DNA of 64,000 bases, taken from assembly GCA_051819685.1 (NCBI GenBank), contig JBNJGI010000001.1, positions 18 through 64,017 on the forward strand. Direction: 5' to 3'. Under the pieces are notes generated by a model that was not told where the DNA came from, ran no database searches, and saw only the letters and a list, made by a program, of their open reading frames with translations. This DNA is from Nanobdellota archaeon. Its GTDB lineage: Archaea > Nanobdellota > Nanobdellia > Woesearchaeales > DATGWN01. Positions 47,936-58,377 of this stretch are shown piece by piece. Positions within the stretch are counted from its first letter, which is position 1. Every line of letters begins with the position of its first letter. The position numbers and the translations under genes are program-made.

Positions 47936-49404
47936 TGCAGGGATCAGATAATAATTCAAGCAGTTATGGTAGTTTATTGAAAAATCTAAGTAATCGACTA
48001 AATGAGGTTAAGACTGAAAAAGATAACGAGTATATAACAAAAAAAAACAATGAACTAAAAGAACTTTTAGATTCTTACAGCAAAAAAAATTCATATGAAC
48101 AATCTTCTAAAAAAACATACCAGCATGATTCTGTAACAGAAGCTACTAATTTTGCTAAAAAAGACGATTATCTAAAAGAAAAAGAAGCTCGTCTGAATAA
48201 AGAGCAAGAAGAAATTGAACATGAAAAGTTTATTTTAGATTCAAAACAAAGAGTAATGAATAAAGAACTAGATTCTTTAAATAATCCTGAAGTTGTAAAA
48301 GTGCTTGAAGAGATTGAGAGAAGATCTTCCTTACTTTCTCAAAATAAAAAATATTATGAAGATAGGGAAAAAGAGATATCAAGAAGAGAAGATAAAATAA
48401 GGGAAAGAGAAAATCAGGTACAATTATCACATCAAAAATTATTAGATGAAAAGAAAAAATTATCTCATGATATATTCGATCTTAAATCATCCCGTGATAA
48501 TATTAAATTTGAAATCGACTCATTGCAACAGGAAAAATCCACTCTTGATTCTGTAGTTAAAGAAAGAACTCAATTAATAGAAGATCTCAACAAACAATAT
48601 CAGGAATCAAAGATTGAACTTAAAAAAATACAAGACAGCATATTATCTGAAAGAAAAGCTTTCGCAAGATTAAAAGAAGATACAGATGAAGAAAAGAGGA
48701 ATCTGGAAAGTGAAAAAAAATCTTTTGAAGAATATAAAAATGCTTTTTACGAAAAAGTCAACAGGTTATCTGAAGAATCAAAGAAAGAACTAAGTGATTA
48801 CAAGAAAAATGTGCTTTCTGAAATAGAAGAAAAGTCGGAAAAGATAAATAAAAAATATAAAGAGATTCAGGAAAAAGAAAAGAAGGTCAATAATAAAGAA
48901 CAAGAACTGAAAGATTTTGAAGAAAAGTTATATAGAAAGCTAGAAGAATCAGATAAAAAAGAAAAATCAATTGAAGAAGAAAAAAAGAAAATAGATGAAT
49001 TAAAAAATGATTATGAAAAAAAGAACGAAGAAATAAATAATTATGAAGATGAATTAAAAAAGATTGAAAATACAGTTATGGACCTTAAAAATGTTGTCGA
49101 TCGTAAAGAAAAAGATATAAAAGAAAAACAGAAAATACTCGATGAGAACATAAATTATTTCGAGAAACTGCAACATAATAACAGATATGAAAAAAAATTG
49201 AAAGAAGTAATATCCGGTATAGAGTCTAAAATTAAAGAAAAAAATATAATAGGGGCGCAAAAGCTATATGCTCAAGCCAATATGATATATAAAAATTCAC
49301 CGGAAAACGTAAAAAAATTTTACAAAAGTAAACTTGCTTCAATTAAACAAAGGATAACTATAATGTCAAAAAGAAATTCAGGAGGTGTTTCACATGGTGA
49401 ATAA
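47932..49404 (+). CDS. Coiled-coil protein (490 aa), 4-bp overlap with previous
   Basis: ATGA overlap; K/E-rich heptads. Confidence 0.65.
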   Translation: MMQGSDNNSSSYGSLLKNLSNRLNEVKTEKDNEYITKKNNELKELLDSYSKKNSYEQSSKKTYQHDSVTEATNFAKKDDYLKEKEARLNKEQEEIEHEKFILDSKQRVMNKELDSLNNPEVVKVLEEIERRSSLLSQNKKYYEDREKEISRREDKIRERENQVQLSHQKLLDEKKKLSHDIFDLKSSRDNIKFEIDSLQQEKSTLDSVVKERTQLIEDLNKQYQESKIELKKIQDSILSERKAFARLKEDTDEEKRNLESEKKSFEEYKNAFYEKVNRLSEESKKELSDYKKNVLSEIEEKSEKINKKYKEIQEKEKKVNNKEQELKDFEEKLYRKLEESDKKEKSIEEEKKKIDELKNDYEKKNEEINNYEDELKKIENTVMDLKNVVDRKEKDIKEKQKILDENINYFEKLQHNNRYEKKLKEVISGIESKIKEKNIIGAQKLYAQANMIYKNSPENVKKFYKSKLASIKQRITIMSKRNSGGVSHGE

Positions 49405-51490
49405 TTCTGCTGATTATTCTTATGAACTTCCGGATCTTCCTTCAGATCTAAATCCTGAAGAAAATAACGACAAAAAAACAGAAGAGGAACCTGAAAATAA
49501 TAATTCGTCTGATAATCTTGATTTCTCTCCTGAAGATTATAATTTTGATGAAGAAGAAGAACTTATAAGTACATTTGGTAGTGATGATAAAAAGGTAGCT
49601 GAAAAAGGTGCTCTTGACCATGAAATAAACACCTTGAGTTCAAGAAAACAGGAATTAGAAAATAAAGTATCTGAACTTACTGATAAGATATTCAAACTAA
49701 AAAAAGAATATGAAAATAACAAAGGAGTTCTTGATGATGACATAAAGAAAGTAAAAGAACTCATGGATGAATCCTCAAAAGCCAAAGAAGAATATAACCA
49801 AAAAATAAACGACTTATCGAATAATCAGGATAAAGTGGCTTCTGTTCTTGAAGATCTCGAAAAACAAAAAGAAGCCATAAATAAAAAGCTTGAAGAAGCT
49901 GAAGAAAACAGAAAAACATATGAGAATAAGAAAAAAGAGATAGATGATGAAAAAGAAAGTATTAATCATCTCAAAAAATCTTTAGAAGAAAAAGAAAAAA
50001 GGCTTAATGAAAAAGAAAAAGAGATAAATGAGACTGACAACACAACATCATCAAAAAGGTTCGAGATTTCAAAAAAAATACAAGAAATAAAAGATGCCTA
50101 TGAAAAATTAAAAAATAAAGAAAAGGATCTTGAACAACGTGAAAAAAATCTGGCACTTAATGTAAGCAACCTCAAAAAAAATCAAATTGATTTCTCAAGA
50201 CAAAAAGATCAATTCATGAAAAACACCAAAAACATACATGAAAAGCTCAATTACATAAAAACAAAAGAACAAGAAGTTAAAAATATCTTTAATTCAGTAT
50301 CAAGAAAAGAAAAAGACTTGAACCAAAGGGTAAAAAAACTTAAGGAACAAAAGAAAGATCTTGAAAAAAGGGAAAATAAAATATATACAATATCAGGTGA
50401 AATAGAAGGTCATAAAAGGATTCTTAATGATCTGAAAGAAAAAAAGAAAGAAATATCAAAAGAAAATAACTCATTAGAAAAAGAGAATGAAAAATTAAGA
50501 AAAAAGAAAACAGATCTATCCGGTCAGATTATGTCTCTTGAAAATAAATATAATTCATTAAAAAACGATATAAAAGCTTCAAAATTCAGTAATGCTGAAA
50601 CTGAAAAATATCTTGACTCACAAAGAAAAGAACTTGAAAAGTTCAATAAGGAACTATCGCAAAAACAACTTGAATTAAAACAAAAAGAAGTGGATCTAAA
50701 TAAAAATTCAGTATTGGCAGAACAAAAAAGGATAAGAGCTGAAGGTCTTGAGAATCAACTGGAAGAAAGGGAAAAATTTTTAGTCAAACAACAAGAAGAT
50801 ATTAAAAAAGAAGAAGCAAGAATACAATCTTTAGTATCTAAACATACCGGTCTTAAAGAAAAGATAAAAGAACTTGAGATGAGAGAAAGAGATATGAATC
50901 TCAAAATATTAAGCTTCGAAAAAAGAGAAGAAGCTCTTAAGACACTTGAATCAAATCTCAAACAAAGAGAAGAAGAATTGAAGCAAAAAGAAGAAGCAAG
51001 CTCTCCTCTTCAGCTAGAATCTGAAATAACTAAGAAAAAAGAAAAGATATCGTCTCTTGAAAAAGAAAAAGAAGATCTTCAGAATCAATTGAAACAGAAA
51101 GAAGAAGAAATGAATAAAAAACTTCAAGAGAAAGAAAAACAAGTAGAACAAGATGGAGAAGAAACTTCATCTCTTGAAAAAGAAAGGGATGAACTGAAAG
51201 CCAAGAACAAGGAATTGCTTCAGAATAACACTCAATTACAGACAAATATGGATAGTATTAAGACCGAAAGGGATGCATTAAAGACGCAAGTCAAAGATCT
51301 TAACTCTACACTACTTGATGTTGAAAAGAACAAGGTAAAGTTCGTCGATGAAGATCAGGATGTAAAAACAGTTCTTCAAATAACTGATGATCTATTAGAA
51401 AATCTTCCTGAAGATGTATTGAAAGAATTCGTTAAATCAGACAACTATAAGATATTCGAAAAAGTATTCAAAAAATACAACATAGAATGA
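49394..51490 (+). CDS. Coiled-coil protein (about 699 aa), acidic N-terminus, overlaps previous stop; aggaggtg SD
   Basis: ATG 49394 seven nt after aggaggtg; track shows GTG-extended 49385. Confidence 0.65.
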   Translation: MVNNSADYSYELPDLPSDLNPEENNDKKTEEEPENNNSSDNLDFSPEDYNFDEEEELISTFGSDDKKVAEKGALDHEINTLSSRKQELENKVSELTDKIFKLKKEYENNKGVLDDDIKKVKELMDESSKAKEEYNQKINDLSNNQDKVASVLEDLEKQKEAINKKLEEAEENRKTYENKKKEIDDEKESINHLKKSLEEKEKRLNEKEKEINETDNTTSSKRFEISKKIQEIKDAYEKLKNKEKDLEQREKNLALNVSNLKKNQIDFSRQKDQFMKNTKNIHEKLNYIKTKEQEVKNIFNSVSRKEKDLNQRVKKLKEQKKDLEKRENKIYTISGEIEGHKRILNDLKEKKKEISKENNSLEKENEKLRKKKTDLSGQIMSLENKYNSLKNDIKASKFSNAETEKYLDSQRKELEKFNKELSQKQLELKQKEVDLNKNSVLAEQKRIRAEGLENQLEEREKFLVKQQEDIKKEEARIQSLVSKHTGLKEKIKELEMRERDMNLKILSFEKREEALKTLESNLKQREEELKQKEEASSPLQLESEITKKKEKISSLEKEKEDLQNQLKQKEEEMNKKLQEKEKQVEQDGEETSSLEKERDELKAKNKELLQNNTQLQTNMDSIKTERDALKTQVKDLNSTLLDVEKNKVKFVDEDQDVKTVLQITDDLLENLPEDVLKEFVKSDNYKIFEKVFKKYNIE

Positions 51491-51502
51491 TTGAGGTCTA
51501 AA

Positions 51503-52630
51503 ATGGCAAGATATACAGATAAAAAAGTTTTGATAAGAGTAGAATTCAATGTACCTCTTGATAAGAAGGGAAAGATAAAAGACAACAGCAGGATAAAAAG
51601 AGCAATACCTACTATCAAAAAAATATTATCTCAAAAACCTCGACAACTAATTATTATGACACATCTGGGGAGACCTAAAAATAAAGAAACACATCTTAAA
51701 ACAGACATTCTTGCAAAAGAATTAGAAACATTATTGAGACGTAAAGTCTATAAAACTGATTATTGCGGTGAAAATCCTTTACCGACTAAAAACATTATTA
51801 TGTTAGAGAACCTCAGATTCTATGAAGGCGAAAAAAAAGGTTCCAGAAAGTTCGCTAAGCAACTGGCTTCATTAGCTGATATATATGTAAATGAAAGTTT
51901 CGGCACCTGCCATAGGAAAGATTCCAGTATGTATTTAGTACCTCAATATTTCCCTGAAAACAGACGTTTTGCAGGAGAACTCCTTAAGAATGAAATAAAG
52001 AAGCTTGATAAAGTGAATAAATCAAAAAATATAACAGTAATGGTAGGATTTGCCAAAATAAGTGATAAAATAAAAATATTAAGCAAGCTTTTAAAAAAAT
52101 CGGACAAAACTCTAATAGGAGGTCTGGTAGTATTCAGTTTTCTCAAAGCAAAAGGATACAAAGTAGGAAAAGTGGAATGTTCTGAAGAAGATGTTCAGTT
52201 GGCAAAAAAATTGCTAAAAAAACATGCTGATAGGATAATATTACCAACAGATTTTACAGGAAAAAAAGGAAAAAGAAAATATGAATGTTCTCATGATAAT
52301 ATACCTGATGATTTCATCGGTTATGATATAGGTGGAAATTCCATAGAACTCTTCAAAAATACATTGAAAAGTTCAAAATTAGTATTCTGGAATGGCCCTT
52401 TAGGATATTTCGAGAAAAAACCCTTCGACCATGCAACAAACAAAATATCAGAATACCTTGCGAAAAATTCACAAAACATAAAGACTGTTATTGGAGGAGG
52501 TGACACTGCTTCAGCTGTCTATGAATCAGGTTTCGCAAATAAGATGTACCATATATCTACAGGAGGAGGAGCATCTCTTGAATATATAGAAAAAGGAACC
52601 TTGCCAGCACTTAAGTGGCTTAAGGTTTAA
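51503..52630 (+). CDS. pgk: Phosphoglycerate kinase
   Basis: KKVLIRVEFNVPLD...RIKRAIPTIK...IIMTHLGRPK; track TTG-extended to 51491. Confidence 0.8.
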   Translation: MARYTDKKVLIRVEFNVPLDKKGKIKDNSRIKRAIPTIKKILSQKPRQLIIMTHLGRPKNKETHLKTDILAKELETLLRRKVYKTDYCGENPLPTKNIIMLENLRFYEGEKKGSRKFAKQLASLADIYVNESFGTCHRKDSSMYLVPQYFPENRRFAGELLKNEIKKLDKVNKSKNITVMVGFAKISDKIKILSKLLKKSDKTLIGGLVVFSFLKAKGYKVGKVECSEEDVQLAKKLLKKHADRIILPTDFTGKKGKRKYECSHDNIPDDFIGYDIGGNSIELFKNTLKSSKLVFWNGPLGYFEKKPFDHATNKISEYLAKNSQNIKTVIGGGDTASAVYESGFANKMYHISTGGGASLEYIEKGTLPALKWLKV

Positions 52631-52640
52631 AACAATTAAT

Positions 52641-52952
52641 TTATTTCTTTTTAACTAAAAAAATATCGATTGTAGAAACACGAACTTCCTTTCCTTCTTG
52701 GTTTTTAAAAACTTCAGAATCAGTCTTTATTTCTTTTATATCGACCTGATCTTTAAGAAAGTTATTTCTTACAACTTCTGCAACGTCTACTGCACGGGAA
52801 ATAAATTTTCCTCTTGACTTGATAATAACTTCTTCTGCTTCATGGGTAGTGAACTGCATAATAACACCAGTGACATAATTCATAAAAGGCTTGTTACCCA
52901 CAAAAATTCTATTATCTTTTTCGTTGCTTTCTTTTTCTTCCGGCATTTTCAA
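52641..52952 (-). CDS. albA: Alba (DNA/RNA-binding protein)
   Basis: IFVGNKPFMNYVTGVIMQF...VIIKSRGKFISRAVDVAEVVRNNF. Confidence 0.7.
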   Translation of the reverse strand: MKMPEEKESNEKDNRIFVGNKPFMNYVTGVIMQFTTHEAEEVIIKSRGKFISRAVDVAEVVRNNFLKDQVDIKEIKTDSEVFKNQEGKEVRVSTIDIFLVKKK

Positions 52953-53143
52953 ATCTCTTCTTGTGCTTTCTTAAGTCTTGTAGTATAACCTGCAACTATA
53001 TTTCTCATCTTCTTTGACTTGTAACTCATCAATTCTTTAACTCTCTCTTTATTATCAGAAAAGTTTTCATTGATTTTATCACCTGCAAAGTTCATAAGAT
53101 CTTTTGTTTTCCTTTTTATAAGCTTAGTTTTAATTCTTCCCAT
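52949..53143 (-). CDS. rps17e: Ribosomal protein S17e
   Basis: MGRIKTKLIKRKTKDL...NIVAGYTTRLKK. Confidence 0.65.
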   Translation of the reverse strand: MGRIKTKLIKRKTKDLMNFAGDKINENFSDNKERVKELMSYKSKKMRNIVAGYTTRLKKAQEEI

Positions 53144-53145
53144 TT

Positions 53146-53367
53146 TTACTCCTTATGATGTTTTATTGCTGCTAATCGTTCTTTCTTAACTTTGTTTGCT
53201 TCTTCTGTCCATCTAACATTCTGAGGTTTTCTATTAAGCTTAAACATGTTCTTCTCACATTTCCTATCATAAAAATACATGATTTTACCATCAGGCTTAA
53301 TACGCATAATCCCTTTTCCTCTTGGAATTTCTTTTCCTGAAAAACTACATTTAACCATTATAATCAC
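53146..53367 (-). CDS. rpl24e: Ribosomal protein L24e
   Basis: [34 protein letters not shown]. Confidence 0.75.
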   Translation of the reverse strand: MIIMVKCSFSGKEIPRGKGIMRIKPDGKIMYFYDRKCEKNMFKLNRKPQNVRWTEEANKVKKERLAAIKHHKE

Positions 53368-53621
53368 CTGCTTCCGGAACTCAAAGGTCTTGCTTCTATT
53401 TCAGTCTCTCTAAGCATAAGCTTATCGCCGACTCTCACTGGGCCTTTAACATTCCTTCTCATAACTTTATTCATATCTCTGCCATCAAGGATCTTTACAA
53501 TAACCTGCATTGCTTCTCCTCTTGTACCTGTTCTTCCGACAAGCTCCTGTATTTCAGCAGGGACAGCCTCGCTAAAGCTTACACCGGATTTCGTTGTATC
53601 TTTGCTTTCTTTTTTAGCCAT
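53364..53621 (-). CDS. rps28e: Ribosomal protein S28e
   Basis: [28 protein letters not shown]...[11 protein letters not shown]. Confidence 0.8.
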   Translation of the reverse strand: MAKKESKDTTKSGVSFSEAVPAEIQELVGRTGTRGEAMQVIVKILDGRDMNKVMRRNVKGPVRVGDKLMLRETEIEARPLSSGSR

Positions 53622-53622
53622 C

Positions 53623-53964
53623 TTATTCCTCTTTGAAATCTGCTTTCATCGCTTCAATATCTTTCTTAGCATCTCCTGCATTAACAACAGCAACAGCTAC
53701 TGTACTAACAGGAAGACCTGCTGCAGCTCCCAGCTCTTCTTTCGAAGGAACCTTTACAGTCATAATATCTTTTTCCTTACCTAAAACTGATAAGTGCATT
53801 GTAATTTCAGGAGGATTTGCATCTGCTGCGAAAGCTACAAGGATTGCATTAGCTCTTTCCATCTCCTTAGTAACTTCATTAATACCTTTTTTTACTTTTC
53901 CTGTTGATCTTGCAACCTCTATTGAGGTGAATACTTTTTCTGCTTGTTCTTTTGATAATTCCAT
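53623..53964 (-). CDS. rpl7ae: Ribosomal protein L7Ae (K-turn binding)
   Basis: [32 protein letters not shown]...; aggag SD; 7-bp inverted repeat gtaactt/aagttac in 5' leader. Confidence 0.85.
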   Translation of the reverse strand: MELSKEQAEKVFTSIEVARSTGKVKKGINEVTKEMERANAILVAFAADANPPEITMHLSVLGKEKDIMTVKVPSKEELGAAAGLPVSTVAVAVVNAGDAKKDIEAMKADFKEE

Positions 53965-54142
53965 TTTATATTCTCCTAAAGTAACTTAGAACAAGTTACC
54001 TTCCTTCAGGCTTACGCCATCATAATTCATTAGGTATTACTTGGTAAAAAAACAAGAATTTATAAATGTTTACATATGAAATCCTAAAAAAGGATTTTCC
54101 ATTAAAAAATAAAGAAAAACAAGATATACAATATAAACAAAG

Positions 54143-55066
54143 ATGATTTCGACAGATATAATTAGTAACACTACATTAATCATAGGATTTTTAGGACTCT
54201 TTATTGGCACTATTACTGATTTTAAGAAACGTGAAGTGCCTGATTGGCTTAATTTTTTTCTTATATTTTCAGGATTGGGATTAAGTATAATAGGAGCTAT
54301 ATATTATAAAGATATATTCTATATAATAATACCGCTGATATGGCTTTTAGTTGCATATCTTATAAGTGCCATAATGTATTATTCCGGCCAATGGGGTGGC
54401 GGTGATTGCAAAATGATAATGGGTATCGCAACACTATTCGGAATCACCACTTTTGCAATCTCGGATCCAATAAGATATCTTCTGGAAAATTATATAACTC
54501 TTCCTTTCACATATAACATATCCTTTTTTGCAAATTTCATATTCAACAGTTTTGTAATTGGAGCTTTCTATGGAGTTGCATGGATAATATACTATATAAT
54601 AAGCAATTACCGAAAATTCATAGATACTTTGAAGCAAAAACTGAAAACATATAAAAAATTCATATATTTTGTATTGATATTTTTCCTTATAGCTACAATA
54701 TCCATAGCTCTTCTCAATCTATTCAATTGGCATTCATTCTTATTATTATTAATGATACTCCTTTTTCCATTCTTAATTTATTCGGTAAAAAGTGTTGAAG
54801 AATCATGCATGATAAGAGATATGAAAATAAAAGATCTCACAGAAGGAGAATGGATCGCTGAAGATATAGAAATTGACGGAAAAGAAATATGCAAATCAAA
54901 AGAACTTGGTCTCACACCTAAACAATTAAATAAACTGAAAAAACTTGAAAAGAAAGGAAAAATCGAAAAAGTAAAAGTAAAAGTAGGAATACCTTTCGTA
55001 CCGGCTTTCTTCCTCTCATTTATCTTTACTATAATATACGGAAATTTCGTGATATTATTCATATAG
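54143..55066 (+). CDS. A24-family archaeal prepilin/preflagellin peptidase (PibD/FlaK-like)
   Basis: TITDFKKREVPD (first catalytic Asp region) and GQWGGGDCKMIMGIA (GGGD second Asp motif); polytopic; TATA-like atttataaatg upstream. Confidence 0.75.
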   Translation: MISTDIISNTTLIIGFLGLFIGTITDFKKREVPDWLNFFLIFSGLGLSIIGAIYYKDIFYIIIPLIWLLVAYLISAIMYYSGQWGGGDCKMIMGIATLFGITTFAISDPIRYLLENYITLPFTYNISFFANFIFNSFVIGAFYGVAWIIYYIISNYRKFIDTLKQKLKTYKKFIYFVLIFFLIATISIALLNLFNWHSFLLLLMILLFPFLIYSVKSVEESCMIRDMKIKDLTEGEWIAEDIEIDGKEICKSKELGLTPKQLNKLKKLEKKGKIEKVKVKVGIPFVPAFFLSFIFTIIYGNFVILFI

Positions 55067-55070
55067 AATA

Positions 55071-56840
55071 TCAAATATAATAATACTTATTTTCAGAAAT
55101 CTGTTTCTGATCCATCTGACTATTCCTTTTATTTGCCTTAGGTCTATTAGTCTCCTCATCTCTCCTAAAAGTTAACTTGATTTCCTTAAGAAAATCATTC
55201 ATACCTTCCTGAAGACTGAAAGGACCTTTTGCTTTCCCTTCCATAGCGGGCTTACCCTCAAACACAAGCATCTTATCAGAAATATAATCAAGGAAAAGAA
55301 GATCGTGATCTATAATGACAGCTGTCTTTCCCCTCAATTCCATAAGATCTCTTATAATTTTTGAAATAACCAGTCTTTGTTCTATATCAAGATAAGCTGA
55401 TGGCTCATCAAGAAGAAAAAGGTCTGCATCCTGACTAAGTGTATAAGCTATACTTACACGCTGCATTTGTCCTCCGGATAACTCATTCAGTGGCTTAAGA
55501 AGTATACTCTCGATACCAAGAGGTTTAATAAGATTGTTCTTATATTTACTTAAAGCCTCTTTAAGATAATTCATCACAAGTTCATCACTATCTGTCTCTA
55601 TATACTGTGGCTTGTATGAAATATTTATATTCTCTTCAATATTCCCCTTATCCACTTTTATCTCATCTGCAAGAATCTTCATAAAAGTAGTCTTACCTAT
55701 ACCATTTTCTCCAAGAACACCAACAATATCCTTTCTATATATCTTACCTTCACCTGATGTAAGATTAAATCTACCAAAATCTTTTTCAAGATTTTCCCAT
55801 GACACAAGAAGCTCATCTTCTTTCTTGACATTGACGACCTTTTCCGGAAACTTAATTCTATAATCCCTGAACCTTATGTTTTCCTGTTGAAGATAACCAT
55901 CAAGATACCTATTGATACCTCTTTTTGAAGCTTTAGGAAGACTAACTATACCATAAGTATTCTCTTGTCCATAAATAAGATGTATGAGATCGGTTATATA
56001 GTCGAGTATAATAAGATCATGTTCTATTACAACAACAGCAATCTCCTCTCCTTTACTATTTTTCTTCCCTGCAAGATTTTTAATAAATTCAGAAACCTTT
56101 AATCTTTGTTTTATATCAAGGAAAGAAGTTGGCTCATCAAAAAAATAAACATTAGCATCCTTCAAAACAGTAGCAGCAATAGCAACCCTTTGCAATTCCC
56201 CTCCGCTTATTACACCTATATTTGAATCAAGAATATTATCGAAACTCAACTCTTCTGACAAATCTTTTATCCTTTTTTCATCATCAGATACTTTCGATAA
56301 AAATTCTTTAACAGAACCCTTGAAAGCTTTAGGTATCTGATCAACTTGCTGTAATTTATAGCTCACTTTTATTTTTCCATCCCTTAACTTCTCAAAATAA
56401 TATTGTGCTTCAGTACCTTTAAAATATTCAATAAGTTTATTCATATAATCATCTGTATTATCCTCTCCCAGATTAGGCTTGAGTATTCCTGAAAGAATAT
56501 TAATAGCCGTAGATTTACCAATACCATTCTTTCCTATAATACCTGTAACTTTGCCAAAAATAGGGATTGGTAATCCGTAAAGATGAAATCCGTTCCTTCC
56601 ATACCTATGTACAGGAGGTTTGTCGAGATCTTCAGGGAGATTAACAATACTTATCGCATCAGGTGCAGCATTATGACATATACCACAACCTATACAAAGC
56701 ATTTCATCTATCTGGAGCTTCCCGTTTTCAAGATAAATACAAGGATCTCCTTTCTTATTAACAGGACAAATATTGATAAGATGCTTTTTTAAGCTCGGAT
56801 CAGTCAGTTTTTCATTATCTACTACAGCGATACGTGTCAT
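55071..56840 (-). CDS. abcE1: ABCE1 (RNase L inhibitor) ribosome recycling factor
   Basis: N-terminal Fe-S Cys clusters (CPVNKKGDPC, CIGCGICHNAAP), two ABC domains (GKNGIGKST / GENGIGKTT, LSGGELQR / LSGGQMQR). Confidence 0.9.
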   Translation of the reverse strand: MTRIAVVDNEKLTDPSLKKHLINICPVNKKGDPCIYLENGKLQIDEMLCIGCGICHNAAPDAISIVNLPEDLDKPPVHRYGRNGFHLYGLPIPIFGKVTGIIGKNGIGKSTAINILSGILKPNLGEDNTDDYMNKLIEYFKGTEAQYYFEKLRDGKIKVSYKLQQVDQIPKAFKGSVKEFLSKVSDDEKRIKDLSEELSFDNILDSNIGVISGGELQRVAIAATVLKDANVYFFDEPTSFLDIKQRLKVSEFIKNLAGKKNSKGEEIAVVVIEHDLIILDYITDLIHLIYGQENTYGIVSLPKASKRGINRYLDGYLQQENIRFRDYRIKFPEKVVNVKKEDELLVSWENLEKDFGRFNLTSGEGKIYRKDIVGVLGENGIGKTTFMKILADEIKVDKGNIEENINISYKPQYIETDSDELVMNYLKEALSKYKNNLIKPLGIESILLKPLNELSGGQMQRVSIAYTLSQDADLFLLDEPSAYLDIEQRLVISKIIRDLMELRGKTAVIIDHDLLFLDYISDKMLVFEGKPAMEGKAKGPFSLQEGMNDFLKEIKLTFRRDEETNRPKANKRNSQMDQKQISENKYYYI

Positions 56841-57048
56841 ATAGCTTGAAGAACTCTCTCATTTAATAAATTTAACTATGGGCGATACAATAAAATAAAT
56901 GGAGTTTTGCCTTTTGAGTTTAAATTTGTAAGTTTTAACATTAAAAGTAGGCTACTTAATCATCTTATTAATTGAAGGTATTTCGCATGATTTTTTGTTT
57001 CCACTTCACAGTAAAATATATAAATAAGGTTAATCTAGATTTCTTAAA

Positions 57049-58020
57049 ATGAATTTAGAATTAAAACAAGGTGGGAAATTTTCATCCCCTGCACCTTTCT
57101 TTCAAGTTGATAGCCCACAACAATTAAATCAATTGAGGTGTAATCAACGTAATTATTTATTAAATCAACGTAGAAAAGGTGAAGCTTTTACAATAGATCA
57201 ATATGTAGATGCAATGTTAGGTGTGTCTTTAGGTGATTTAATTACTTCAGTTCTAGTAACTCCTATAAGAATTTCACAAAAAGATTTTAATGGATTAACA
57301 GTTTTATTACCTGATGGCATGAAAAAAGAAAGATATGTATTTTCACCTGATGTTCAAGCTATTAAAAGAGAACAGGATGATTATGGACATATTGGAAAAT
57401 CCAATATTGAAAGAACAAGACTTACTGGTAGTTTTTTTGATAGGTTTTTGGCAAAAATATCAACTAATGTTATCCAATTTCCATTTTATAAAGTTGGTAA
57501 AAATGCTTTACAATATAGTTTTAATGTGGCTGAACGTAATTGGAACGGAATAGTTAATAAACTAGATGATGGTAATAATTATGATGTTAAATTAAATGCA
57601 GAAAATTCTGGTTTAGAAGTTAATTTAAAAGTTACAGAAGGAGATATAGACACAGCGAAAATTAAGCAAAAGGCAAAATGTCGCCTTAGTGTTATCTGTC
57701 CTTATGAAATTGATTTTGAATTAGATCTTCCTTTTAGTGGTACTCATAGCGGGTATATTAGTGTAGCAGGGAACGGTTTTAGTTTAGGAGAGAAAGGAAT
57801 TACTTGCATATCTGTTGGTAATTATAGTGGTCCTGCTGCTAATAACTATAAAGCTGTTTGTAGTGAAAGAGCAAAAATTATAAGACAATTAGAAGGTTCA
57901 TATGTTGATTTAGAAGCAACTCTTGGAAATCTTACTCAACCAAAAACTGAACCAGTAAAGTTATATAATTGTGGTGCTGCAATTGATTTAGGACCACTCG
58001 CATTAAGAGATAAAGATTAA
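57049..58020 (+). CDS. Hypothetical protein (323 aa), atypical codon usage
   Basis: ORF; third positions T-biased (ggt, gtt, act, gat) unlike neighbouring genes (gga, gta, aca). Confidence 0.45.
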   Translation: MNLELKQGGKFSSPAPFFQVDSPQQLNQLRCNQRNYLLNQRRKGEAFTIDQYVDAMLGVSLGDLITSVLVTPIRISQKDFNGLTVLLPDGMKKERYVFSPDVQAIKREQDDYGHIGKSNIERTRLTGSFFDRFLAKISTNVIQFPFYKVGKNALQYSFNVAERNWNGIVNKLDDGNNYDVKLNAENSGLEVNLKVTEGDIDTAKIKQKAKCRLSVICPYEIDFELDLPFSGTHSGYISVAGNGFSLGEKGITCISVGNYSGPAANNYKAVCSERAKIIRQLEGSYVDLEATLGNLTQPKTEPVKLYNCGAAIDLGPLALRDKD

Positions 58021-58377
58021 TCAGAAAAGTTAATTAAAATAATTAAATCTTTCAATTATGAAAATCATAAAAACAAAGGCAGAACAATATGCAAAAAAGC
58101 AATATAAAAAAATTATTCTTTCCATCAATATTCATATCTAGAAAAAGTTCTACACATAGCTTTACAAATAGCAAAAAAATAAAAAATGCAATGTTAGGTC
58201 ACTCAACAAAATATAGAATCCAATTTAAAGAAAAAAATTCTAAAGAGGGCAAAATATTATATGGTGCAGATAAATAAATATTTCTTACTACAAATGAAAC
58301 AATTGAAAAATACTTACCTTTACTTTATTTTCAAGAAACAAAGGAATTAGTAAGAAAAAACCTCTGGAACATACAAT

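Noticed and set aside
53633-53989. Plus-strand 118-aa ORF antisense to L7Ae
   Set aside because: L7Ae is unambiguous on the minus strand; the antisense frame is Ala/Ser-rich junk.
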